A stretch of 64,000 nucleotides of DNA from Dimorphilus gyrociliatus (taxonomy: Eukaryota; Animalia; Annelida): NCBI GenBank assembly GCA_904063045.1, contig CAJFCJ010000002.1, positions 4,373,645 to 4,437,644 of the forward strand. Direction: 5' to 3'. Made by a program: the position numbers and the translations under genes. How positions within the stretch are numbered: the stretch's first letter is position 1; every line of letters begins with the position of its first letter. Positions 25,900 through 38,081 of this stretch are shown piece by piece. The notes beneath the pieces were generated by a model that saw only the letters and a program-made list of their open reading frames with translations, was not told where the DNA came from and did no database searches.

Positions 25900-28800
25900 A
25901 TGGTTCTTTTCCTTTTACTTTTCACATTTGGTAAGTGACTTAATAGCATCTATTAAAGTATGTAATCTGTCAGTAACCAGTAAAAGTATAGAATTAAAAC
26001 GATATGTATATACTGTATACTATGCAGTATATATACTAATATATATCTATTATATTCTATGTATATTTATACATATTGTGTGTGTAAAACTACACAAAAC
26101 AATTGGCTTGTCACTAATTCGTTTACGTCAGGTAGTTTCTTTTTGTGAAAAACTATAAGAGGGTATTAAGACTATATAAATCATCTAAAAGCGTCTCTTA
26201 ATCGCTGGTAGATTAGAAATAATATAAGTAATTGAAAAGTACATAGCACTGTTTCTTTCACTGCCGTTTTCTTCTGTAGAATATAAACTTCAGAATAATT
26301 CGTTTCGGTTTGAAAAGGGCGATGGAAACTTCTTTTCCTATTTAACAAATTGTTGTCTAAACCTTTCAGGTCATGTTAAGTAGGCTAATGAATCATTGAT
26401 CAGCGCTATAACAGTTGTACGGTGTTGTAACACTAATTGTTAGTCAATTTAGATTCATTCACGATTCTATTTAATTAAAGCATATTATCTATAGAAGCTT
26501 GTAAAGTAATGTTCAGGCGTAAGGAGACTACTAGATTTGAGTGAGAGCATTTTTCAACTGCAATATGAAAATAAATTATCTGCGAACGTACGCAGGGAGG
26601 GCCTAGTAGAACTTTAGAACGAAATGAAGACGAGATTGGAGATTTGTCAGAAAATTTGCGGTGGGAAATGATTGACGATTTTCCTAAGATTTTTTTATTG
26701 CTGTATTCATCCAGCACTACATGTGTTTAGCCTTAGGGAATTCCTTTTTGTGATATTTTAAAGTTTCTAGCAGTAAAAAACATAGCATACGCCCAAGCTC
26801 GCACCTGTGAGATCATAGTCAGATTGCCTTTGACATGGAAATATTTTCAGTCAACGACCCCTATTGAACCTGATTAAAAGCAGAGTATGAGGTAGAACCT
26901 TCTGCTGTTGAATTTCAATTATTTCGTTATTAAGAGAAAGTTTAGATGGTCTTGTTGATTACCCTATAGGATTTATAGTCAGTGCAGTAAAAAAAAACAT
27001 ACTACCAATTAAAACTTGTTATACTTGCTCGTTCCATAGAATAGAGGAAAAGCTCCCAAAAAATGAGCTATTAGATATAAAGAAGGAGGGATCAACGTTA
27101 AAAATTCAAGTATACTGGTTTTCCTCCGCTCAGTTACAGTATAATATCGATTGCAGTAGTAGAAGTATTTGTTTTCTTTGTTATTGCTTTTTTACTATCT
27201 TCTTTCCCTTCCTTTTTCTTTCTATACTTTTTATTTATTTTCTCAGTTGCGCAAAATGCCTCTTTGTAAGAGTATTGAGTCGATCATAGACGTACCTACA
27301 AATACACACGCACACGCACACGCACACGCCCACAAATATACATATAGATAAACTTGAGGGAAAAATTCATAATTATCAACATCAATAAGTACAGACAGTC
27401 ATCGCCTTAACATTGTTTATGTATTGAATGAATACATGTATAAGTAAAAAAAATTCCTCTAAATCAAATAATAACGCAAGACTTTGTTCAATTATGCAAG
27501 ATGTATGTACAGACATCATCGGAAAGGATAATGACTGAATTAATTAAACAGAAGACATGAAAAATACGCTATACTGACTTTAATATTACATTAAATAACC
27601 TACGAAAACTAGACAAAGGTGGGTGTTGCAAAGTTTAAAAATCACTTCTATTCTCTAACAAACAAACAATTAAGATAGTTTTCTTTTTAAGAAAAGATGC
27701 TTCTGCACTGAAAATCTATTTACATCTATTGCGAATAAGTATAGGGGATTGATAGAAATTAGACAAAATAAAAACTAGTGCAAATGATTGATTAGAATTA
27801 AAATATGAATATTCCATAGTGGCGCCCTATCATTTGACTATTCTTATTAAATATTAAAGAAAATAAGGAATATTGTCTATTATTTATCGAATTCAAGCTA
27901 CTGAAAAAAAAAACAAAGGGAACAGTTTTTTTCATTTTCATTTTTTCAATAATGTTAAGAAAAAAATTTCATTGCTGGCTTAGATGGCTTAGACAAAAAT
28001 CTGACGGCTATTTTTCTTTTATAATAGGATTGTATTAACTTTTTTCAATCCTTGTCCTTCTGTCATTCTCTATCTCATTCCCTCTCTGTCTCCTATTCTG
28101 CCTCTCTGTCTCTTTCTTTCCTCGCTCTCTTTCTCTCTCTCTCTCTCTCTTCGACATCATTACAATTGTACCTATTTGCTACAAAGCTGCTCTCATTTGC
28201 AAATCGAAGTAAATAGTTATCATGTCACTTTGAACTTATGCAATTATATATAATATAAAATGTTGAAAAGGTAAAATATTAAAAATTTTCTATAAATAGA
28301 TAAATATTTTCATCTCCCTGTAATAAAGTTTTTTTACAGACTTTTTAAAAAATTCTTTAAAGTTGTATACCGTCCATAATTGATTATTACATTTGTTTAA
28401 GAAATTACAAAGAGAGAGAGAGATTCTTATCAATTAGCTTTTCTCAAGATAAGAGTGATTTATGAGGGAAACGTCACAGGGAAAAAATGGCAGATCACTT
28501 TTTAATAAAACATATTAAATGATATTTTGAATTTATTATATCTTATTAATAGTTATTTTTTATATGAAATAATTGAATATGTATATACATTTGTATCTCA
28601 CTATAACTTATTTAATTGATAGCAGTACCGTCCTATCAAGAACATCAGTTTCATGCTTGCTCGAATGACTGTAACGAAACCTGCAGCATATTATTACATA
28701 CTTCATTGGAAATTTGTGGTTCACCAAATAATACTTATTGCAAAACTCAACGCCATATGTATAATGAATGCCGGAGTATTTTAAAGATTTTGCATGATTA

Positions 28801-30487
28801 TGAGGAACTGGACGATTGCCCTCCGTCGTCTTTAGAGTACAGCGTATTGCACTCTCACCCATGCCGGGAGAAGCGTTCACAGAATTTAAAAAAAGACGCT
28901 GGCGTCGTGGCGGCTAAATCGTGCATAGCTAGACGGTCGGATTGTCTGAAAGATTACGCTTGCAGTATGAGATTGACGGATTACAGACGGACGTGTCGTG
29001 AGAAGAAAAGGAAGGAAGCGTGTCTGGCCGATGACCAGTGAGTTTTGAAAATATCCTTCCTTTGTTTTAATAAAGTTCCGGGGTTTAGGCTCTTGGTCGT
29101 AGGCTGTACGTCTGCTCTTTTAATTCTCATTACATGCGCATCAGTGAACGTGACAGTAAAGACATCGGAATCCCTATACAATTAATACATTTATAAGAAT
29201 TGCGGATCGTATCGTAGGAGTTATGATTAACGCTCTTCCAATCAATAGAGCAACGTAAAGGAAAATTGAATCAGGATAACAAAAAGAACAAAAGGACCTA
29301 TTCGGACAATAACAAATTATTCATAACCAATATGAAAAATATTTGTCTTCCCTCTTAAACGACAAATAAACTATCAATGAAGATTGTCAACATTTAGTTG
29401 TAATTGTGGAATAACGTCCACTAGATTTCTATATAAAACACTCTAAAACGGAAACTATCAAGGAAAATTCTCACAAGGCCCAAACTGGCAAAACTATGAA
29501 TAAAAAAAACACGAATTAAGCGCAAAAATTACGTTCTGTACACGACAGATTTTAGCACTTGTGCCTTATTAAGTCTTTCTCTCTCTTTCTCCCTCTTGTC
29601 TCTCTTTTCCTATTTCTCTATTTCATATCTATAGCTTACTCTTATTTTTTCATTTTCATACTTTCTTTCCCTTTATATCAATTATTCATAATTTTTTTAT
29701 ATATAAAATTGACTAGAGTGTAAGATAAATAGTTGATCTGCTAAAAACTAACAAGAAAAAGACGAAGAACAGATAAAAAATATGAAAGATGCTATTGAAT
29801 TATAAAATGTCCAGTTTTTGGAGTCAACATGAAATGCCATCGATAAATGTCATTTATAAAAGTTTTCCTTTCAAGTGCCCGAAAGAGTATTCTTGGGAGG
29901 CAGAATATTCGTGTTTTTCCCATTATTGCAAACTATCAAAATATCCTTAAGCTTTGCAACAGATAAACATTCACTCCTTGCAAACTTAATTGCCCTAAAA
30001 TGTATAAATAAATATACTGTATCAATATCTAATTTACATAGTTTAAGTTATATATGGAGCGAGTTGGTCATGTGATCATAGCAGATCATCCATCAATCTC
30101 GTTACACTTCGTACACTTGAGTTTTCCTATTAGTGTTATAGGTTGACGAGGGGACATTTGAATTCTCAATAGCCAAATCTTAGTTGCACCGTTGCACTCC
30201 CTTTAGTTATTTCGTGTAATTTAAGACGATTAGGACAATCTTACTTAAAATATATATGCTTCTCTTTGGCCAGGAAGTTTATCTGTTAGTCTCATTTTCC
30301 TCAAAGGGAATTCAATTGTTTATCACTAAATAAGATCACATTCTCACTATACGCCTCGTATTATCTCACCATTTCTTCCAGACTGAACCAAATATAGGTT
30401 CGTCACTTGATTAATTTCTCTTTTTTTTTATTTCTAAGAAATACATGCAAGTGCAGATATATTTTACATGTATGGAATATACATATA

Positions 30488-30529
<42 letters not shown>

Positions 30530-30583
30530 TGTATATATGCTGCATATGCAGTAAACTTGTACTGGAAGAAAGACAGACGGAGA

Positions 30584-30615
<32 letters not shown>

Positions 30616-33600
30616 CATATTGCTGTATGCTTCCCTCTATATTTATAATAAATGATGAACAAAGATTATTTTTTTATATTATTTATATTTATTTATTTTT
30701 CATTTTGAGAATATTTTTTCCCATTCCGAATTTTTTTTTGTCATACTTTTGGTCAGCTAAATCTTTTTGATTAAAAAACAAAAAAGGGGCAAATTATTCC
30801 TCTCAATCGTGAAAAAATAGATTAAAACTCTTTAGGAAAGAGATGAATCACTTCCGTATTAAGTATTAGGATATCTAGGCTTAACTAAAAAACGTGCTAG
30901 AATATTTCTGATGGTAAAACAGAGAGAAAACGCTATTTGAATAGTAATAGTTTACTAATTTTGCTCTTCCCTTCAAAATTATTATGGAGAGTTTATTCAT
31001 TTAGAATAAGAAAAAAATCGAGAAAAAGATAACGAAATTTTCTTACTCCTTTTTTTAGGTTTCGTAATCTTGTTAAGTTTGAAAGAGAATCCCAAATTCA
31101 ATGAGATTTCCTTATAAGACATCCTACTTTAATAATTATCTGTATATGTGAACAATCTTCTCTTTAGCATATTCCTTTAAAAATACTGTATATACTGTAT
31201 ATATATATATTTATATAAACTGTTTTTTTTTATAATTAAGTTCCAGTTGCCTGAAGAGTATCGCCAAGTTGGAGGGTTACGGGCTCTTCAATTGCACCTG
31301 TCCCATGAGAAAGAAGAAGACGTTGGATCGTTGCATACACATTTTTAACCGTTTAGCTAATAATACTTGTTTAGGTAAGTAGAAGTTTAAATTTTCTGAT
31401 TAAAAGTCTTTTAGTTAATTAGCTCAATCAATAAACTGGGTTTATATCGAACTTTTTATTGAAATTGAACGAGAGAAAGTTTACTTTTATGTTGTTTTTA
31501 TGTAAATTCTCACCCTCAGAAATGGCTGTTGGTGCAATTTTGATAGCTTAGTTCGATTGGGAGTAATACTAATTAATTCAATTTCCATATGATTAATCTT
31601 CAACTAATTAGCGAAATTAAAACAGTTGATGCTCCTTATTACGTCTTCTCATTGTCGATGGAATTTAAAGGAGGCACTTTTAATGATCTAGCTGATTTTA
31701 TCGGTCTCAACGGAATATCTGATGGTTCCTGTACAGCTGCATTTCGGAACTGTCACCGAAATTCTGAATGTAGAGCAAGATTAGATAGAGTTTTTACGAC
31801 CTGCTCACCGTGCTCGTCAAGAGAGAAATGTTTAAATTCGATCAAAATGTTTGTATCGTCTTTGGATGTTCAAGTTAGACGGCCACTACTTTTTTGCGAT
31901 TGCCCGAATAAAGCGGACAGAAAGTGCTTATTCGCCAAGAATATTCTAACCCCTAGTTGTGCGAAGGTAAGAAATTAACCGTATCTAAAGTATTTAAATC
32001 ACCGCAAGATGGCGCTCAAATAGTTGTAGAAGTATTTAATTTCAAGATTAAGATGCAATCGAATAGCTACTCAACCGTTATATGAAAAGAAGAAAAGCAA
32101 TAGAAAAGAGAGAGAAGATAAAAAAAAAGAATACAGAACGACAGTACAGTTCACATGATGACTATATATAGAAAATATATATTATAAATAGCAATATCTA
32201 CATAAATATAATCATTGTTTGTTCACTTCTGTCACTCTTATAAGAAATACTAGTATATTTAAAGATGATATTTTATGAAAGTATTCTTGGAATAAGAGTA
32301 AAGTGATACAAAGTCAATATGACATTAATTATGGTCTTCACCCTTAAAAAGGTTACAAAGCCAAAACCCATTGGTTGTGAAAAGCTAGTGGACGACTGTG
32401 AGAAGATGGAAGGATGCGGGTAAAAGAAAATATGTTCATATGAATTTAACTATCCGTTTTCTTTTTATCAAATAAAACTGTTAGGAAGACATTGGAGTCT
32501 TTAAATGAATTTTGCGGAGATGATGACTCAAGCGTTCGAAGATGCTCGATTGAGAAATGTCGAGATGCTATTGAAAAAGCGATGGGCACATTGTTAATGA
32601 CGAACTGCACATGCTACAATAGAGGTCATTCGGACGTTCTAAGTAGATGCGTTCGAGCGAGAAAGAGATTATTTGGAAAAAGCACTTGTAAAGGTTGGCG
32701 GAAGGAATTTGATTAAGCGCGTAATTATTGACTGTAATTTAAATATCGATGGATAGGTGGCGCTGATCAGGAAAACATATTCCCAATATGCCGATACTAA
32801 TTCGTTGTTTATTGCAGAATTAGCGTTTAGCCTAGGGAGGGTAAATGGTTCTACAGTGGCTCCACCTCAAGGCCAAGTAGTTTCCAACGGTAAGAAAATT
32901 CATATTGATGGGAGATGTAGAGAGAGAGAGAGAGAGAGAAATCTATAGGGGAGTCAGATAGAAAGAAAATCATCTATATTTAACGCACCTTTATATAATA
33001 TTTGTACTCTCAAGTTGAACTGTTTGTTGGGGAAAAAAATTATCAAAAGCTATAATTTGCTTGTTCGACTCGTTAATTAAAGTAAAGATTTTTGAATGTA
33101 AAACTACAATAGGCTATTTAAAGATTTATATGCATTGCACAAAATATGTTTATTTCCAACTGTTACACAAAAAGGACAAGCGTTAGGTTTTGTTATATTA
33201 TCTAAGGGAATGTTAGGAGAACTTTAAAAGATCACTTTCTTTTTTCAAATGGGAAATGATGATAAAGTAAAATATTTGAAGAGTTTTATTACTTTCAAGG
33301 GATTTTCTTTTATTCATAAATAGATTAGGTATAGAAATGAGAAGAATACAAATGACTTTTCACTTAAAAAATACATTTTTAGCTGTTGGCCAGCTTTTCA
33401 GTCAGGGCTCTTACTATAAACGTCTACTATTCGGTAAATAATTACTTTAAGAATAGGCCTAGTGGCTACTTTTTGATGATTAATGGAACTTTACTTAAAA
33501 GTGACAAAGGCATAAAGTTTTTCTTATGCATTATTGTAGCTATAAGCTGCGTTTAATATGCGAAATATGTGCATTACATACAGAGTGTCAGCAATACATC

Positions 33601-34389
33601 GCATCAAAAGTGCCTCCCTACATGAGCGTACCTAAGTACGTTCGTATATATAGAGTATCAAATTGCGGAGATCTATGCATATGTCATTCTAATGGAAGTC
33701 TATCCTGCAAAACGTTACATTGCTCAAGAGTGAGTAAGGACAAAAAGTGTCAAATGAGCGATGATCGTTCATATGGTAATCATACAAAAGTTCTATTTTA
33801 TTCCATACCTCACATATTCTAAACAAATTCAGATAGTGGAACATCTTTTACGGACAGTATTCGTGGTCAGTGCAAGTGTATTCAGGCGGAAACGGTTTGT
33901 GCAAGACCGCGAAATTTCACGACTCCCGGAAGTGGTCTGTTTTTCCATCTCGGTCTTAGCGTTAAGGAAAGAGACCTATTAGGAGACGATATTTATGTGG
34001 ACGCTTATTCCATTATGGACAAATTAGTGACTATAATTAACAGAGACGGCCCGGAAAAGTGTCGGCTAAAAGTGCTTCATACAATGCCTTCAAATTTTGT
34101 TTACTCGATAAAACCACGAGAGGAGGAATGCCTAAGAAGAGTCAGATTTCTATTAGACGCCATCAATCAAAGGAAACCTATTATCTTGATGGATGCCGAA
34201 CTATCATTGATAAAAATTGGAGAAATAAGGAGAATCACTCACAGAACGCCTCCTGTTCGATCTGTAGATCGATTTCCCCCTGAAAGGCAAAATGTTGATT
34301 CAAACTCGGACAGTAATACCTCAAACACTCTTCTACTTTTAGTGACATCTATCGGATATATTTGTAACTACCGTCTCTTTCCCGATTAA
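25900..34389 (+). CDS. GDNF-family receptor alpha-like / GAS1-domain protein, probably GPI-anchored, about 669 aa. Exons 25900-25930, 28626-29037, 31247-31374, 31626-31966, 32352-32419, 32485-32693, 32818-32889, 33584-33775, 33833-34389
   Basis: Signal-like MVLFLLLFTF; three clear GDNF/GAS1 Cys-rich repeats (SCIARRSDC..CTC, SCTAAFRNC..CDC, GCEKLVDDC..CTC) plus one degenerate N-terminal repeat; two short C-x-C modules; small-residue then hydrophobic C-terminus. The spliced total of 2010 nt is in frame. Confidence 0.85.
27304..27330. repeat. (ACACGC)n hexamer microsatellite
   Basis: acacacgcacacgcacacgcacacgccc read directly. Confidence 0.85.
28110..28151. repeat. (CT)n / pyrimidine-rich microsatellite
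   Basis: Run of ctctct and cttt units. Confidence 0.8.
30484..30615. repeat. (TA)19 flanked on both sides by TATACTGTATA, followed by (AG)12
   Basis: TA run 30491-30528; AG run 30592-30615. Explains the spurious YIYI and RERE ORFs. Confidence 0.9.
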
Positions 34390-34555
34390 TCTACTATAAT
34401 ATTGGTTGCATGCTACATGTTGAAAATGAATATTTTGAAAAGCATAATGTTACATATATATTATTTTTTTTTAATTTTTTAATTTGTTGATAGAATGGAC
34501 TATAAAAAAAGATAGATGAAACAAATTTATTTTTCTGTCTGTACTCTTTTTAAAC

Positions 34556-34573
34556 TCTTTCTTTCTTTCTTTC

Positions 34574-34612
<39 letters not shown>

Positions 34613-34621
34613 CTCTCTCTC
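34556..34621. repeat. (CT)n/(CTTT)n compound microsatellite between convergent genes
   Basis: Read directly. Confidence 0.85.
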
Positions 34622-34629
34622 AAAATCAA

Positions 34630-36589
34630 TTATATCATTGATAAGACAGCATCAGTCGACCTCAAATAGCGTGGATTGTCAACCATGTCCATAATATGGT
34701 TCTCTCTTAAAAACGTACTCTGAAAGTCGGTTGCCTCCAAATAACCACCATAATTATCAGATGGTTCCGGTATAGTCTCATAATCGTGCTCGGAAATAGG
34801 TCTTTCCTCTCTAGTACGAGGTAAAGGTCGATATCTGTCGATAGTATGCGTTGCAGTTTGTTCCTTTAAAGGAAAATTCTCCTGGTAGCACACTTGATTT
34901 AAATTGGGTAGAGTCACATGTTTCGCAATTCGTTTTTTCTTCGCAGCTATTCTTGACCTTATACAAGCAAATATGCAACATACTGTAGAAACACCAATGA
35001 TCAGGCCTATTGCAATGCTTATTACTAATACAATTAAGATTTCTGAAACAAAGAAAATAATAGTAAACAAATAATATCCAAAAACTGCGCTTATTAAAGC
35101 ATATTGTATAATTAATATTATTACCTAAGCTTAAGCTAAATGTTTTGATATTTCTTTCAGAATTCTTAGTATTATTAAAAGACTGAGTGAATAAATTTGA
35201 GGTTTGCTTGTTTGTAGTAAATTCCATACTGTTTACAGTTTTAACTGTTGATCTACTCCCAAAATGTCCACCCCCAATATTAACTGATTGACATTGAATT
35301 TTTAGATTACCAGATGATGTTACGTATAAAAACGATGATTGCATAATTTCAATCTTTTCTCTATTTGAAATATAACATATTCTTATAAGATTGTTTACTG
35401 ATACGTATCCATCATTCGGTTGTATTTCCTCTGGTATAATATCAATACGGTTTGCATCTTTAGTAAAGCGAGAGCCGTAGTGACTAATTGATGAGAATGA
35501 AGCTTTCATTGACTTTGATGAGTTTGGTTGTAAGGAGCAACAATATTCTTTGCCAGATCCATGAGTCAAATGTTGTTTAGCAGTTATAAATAATCTTATA
35601 AAAGCTTCTCTTTTATCTGTAATTTCTTTTTTTATGGGATTATTCAGGTCTATAGCTGTATATTTATAAAGAAACACTTGTTATATTACATTTCTAATCG
35701 AAAATATTCTTTAATACATACCATTCAAACATTGAATATTCTTAGTGTTAATAGTTAAGGCGGTAACTTTCATTTCATCAAATTTGTGTGGATTACAAAC
35801 CCAAACTTTCTGATTTCCATTACCTCGATATTTTTGATTATTTACGCAAAGATATTCAATAGAAATGTAACTAATAACATGATAACTATCGTAATTCCCT
35901 TTTCGCGCAATAATTGGATTTTGTCTGGGATATTTCATAGAACTCGAGCACTCTGAAAATCCATCACATAGAAATGGATCTAGAAAAGCTAAATCATTGT
36001 CAGTATATGACCAATCAGTTTTTGTTGGTAAACACGATGGCTTTCCATCTAAATCTCCTCCTGTAGACTCGGAAATGGTGACTTTTTTTAATTGTATGTT
36101 TTGTTCAGTTGAGCAGCTAATACGTTTGGGCATTTTTTCAGTATTATAACAATAGGACCAAATTTTTACAGGATCATCCTTTGAAATACACTTATAATGA
36201 ACTTTTGCCGAGTTTTGTCGCATATTAGTGCAATTTTGTACAGAGAAGGGAAAGACTTTAGCAGAAATATGACAAGAGTTACTTTTAGTAGGAATACTAA
36301 TCAAGGTCTTGTGGCATGCATCTGATCTTAATTCTATTCCTAATATTCGACATTTCTCTCCAGATTCTGGACATTTTAACAAGATCCTATCGCCTTCCAG
36401 CTCGTGGAATCGTACTTCCTCTATTTCAAATAAAGAAAAACAATATTTAATATAGAAATCTTTTTAAAACAATCAACCAAGAATCCAGTATTATTTAAAT
36501 AAAATTCACATACTTTGATATTTCGTTCTGGAGAGAACAAATAAGGAAAATAGCAGAATAATCAACCGAATTCCCCAGCCTTCCACCAT
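34630..36589 (-). CDS. Type I membrane protein with degenerate SUEL/galactose-lectin-like domains and a tyrosine-motif tail, about 572 aa. Exons 36589-36514, 36420-35722, 35655-35125, 35042-34630
   Basis: Signal peptide (RLIILLFSLFVL); LEGDRILLKCP; C..DGFSEC...YISIEYLC resembling the SUEL C-terminal pattern; one TM (ILIVLVISIAIGLIIGVSTVCCIFAC) then a basic stop-transfer; tail with DYETI, GYLEA and NPRY. All introns are phase 1. The domain call is less sure than the gene model. Confidence 0.7.
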
Positions 36590-36946
36590 ATTTCAGTTAC
36601 AATAAACACTATTTGTGTACTTAATTATTCAGACAATTAATTTAGTACTAGCAAACGAAGCCAACGGAAAGTAAACTGGACCGAAAAGCAAAAAATGGCC
36701 TATATACACATCATTTCTGATTCAGCTTTGCTATAAAGAAAACTAGAAATGGTACCATTTTTATGTAAAACTATATAATGGTATTAACTAATTTTTACAA
36801 AGTCCCTTCTTCCTTGCAAGTAACATCATTCCAAAATAATTATAGGATGGTAATTATAAACCTATGGTAATACTGTACATATACATATAGTTTATACAGT
36901 ACATAGTTATTTATGGTACGGATAATGGCATTAGTATGTGAATTAC

Positions 36947-36971
<25 letters not shown>
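36947..36971. repeat. (AT)n microsatellite
   Basis: Read directly. Confidence 0.85.
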
Positions 36972-36977
<6 letters not shown>

Positions 36978-37619
36978 CTATATTCTAAAGGAATAAAACA
37001 ATTTATCCCATTTGAATTATTAAAGTCAGGCAAAAACAATAAGATATTTTTGCTAACAATAGTCAGCGAAAAGATAAAATTACATCATGCTTAAATTTGA
37101 GCTCTACTGGAGGTACTTAACCTTTAGAGAAAAGGAAATTGAAAGCTCTTCAATAGATATAATAATGCCTGTTGTGGTGCTTATCGAATAATACTCTCAC
37201 TTTTCCTAATACTCCTTCCCAAGGAATATAGAAATGATATCAAAGAGAAAGGCAGAACAATAATTGAGCAAACATTTATTACATTCGTATATCAACTTCC
37301 AATGGACAATGGGACGATAATTTGAAATTAAAATAAAATAACTTGTGTCTTAAAGGAAATGGCTGACGCAGTTCTATGTTGATGTTGAAAGCTTTAAGTT
37401 CATGATATGTTACATTCAATTGGCAGTTGCAAATTGAACATGAATAATATTCAGAAAAAGATTGTCAAGATATTTTTATATGTCAGGAACGAAATCATAA
37501 TATCATGTAGGGAAAATCTCAGCCTGCTTGTAATTGAATTTACACGATAAAATAAATTCAGCAGTTATGATCATTGAAAAACTCACATTTTCTTTTTTGA
37601 ATTCATTCTGACTTCGAGA

Positions 37620-37997
37620 ATGTATCTGATAGCTTTTAGTCTGATCGTTACTTTAATGACGGTCAATTGCTCTTTAGAAGTTGGTAATCCTGCTCGGAAG
37701 CCTTTAAACAGGATGGAAGACCTGCTTAGGAAGCTTTGGAGATGGAAAGATTTCGTAAGTTATCTTTTTATTCCCTTACTTATCCTATCAGTAAAAAATC
37801 TATCGATTTTTATCAAATAACTTTTCGTACAATAGCAACAAGAGACAATCAATGTTCCTGTAAAATATTACGGACTCTCTGAGTACTTTAAGAATAAAGC
37901 TAAACGTTTCAATATTAACCCATCAAGTGTTTGCATGTGGAAAGTTTGTCCGCCTTCGGCTTGGAAGGCCAGTGGAGAAAGAAGACTAAAGGCCTAA
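37620..37997 (+). CDS. Neuropeptide precursor, somatostatin/urotensin-II-related (C-x-W-K-x-C), 98 aa. Exons 37620-37754, 37836-37997
   Basis: Signal peptide MYLIAFSLIVTLMTVNC; donor TTC|GTAAGT; acceptor caatag|CAA; exon 2 reads QQETINVPVKYYGLSEYFKNKAKR-FNINPSSVCMWKVCPPSAWKASG-ERRLKA*, with KR and RR basic pairs flanking a cyclic WK hexapeptide. Confidence 0.88.
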
Positions 37998-38081
37998 AAA
38001 GTCCGATGAAAACAAAAACATTCATCCTATTTTTACCGTTGTGTATTATTAGACAGATGCTCTTTTTGCGCAATAAAATAG

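Noticed and set aside
30403-30662. Four ORFs with YIYI and RERE runs
   Set aside because: Translations of (TA)n and (AG)n microsatellites.
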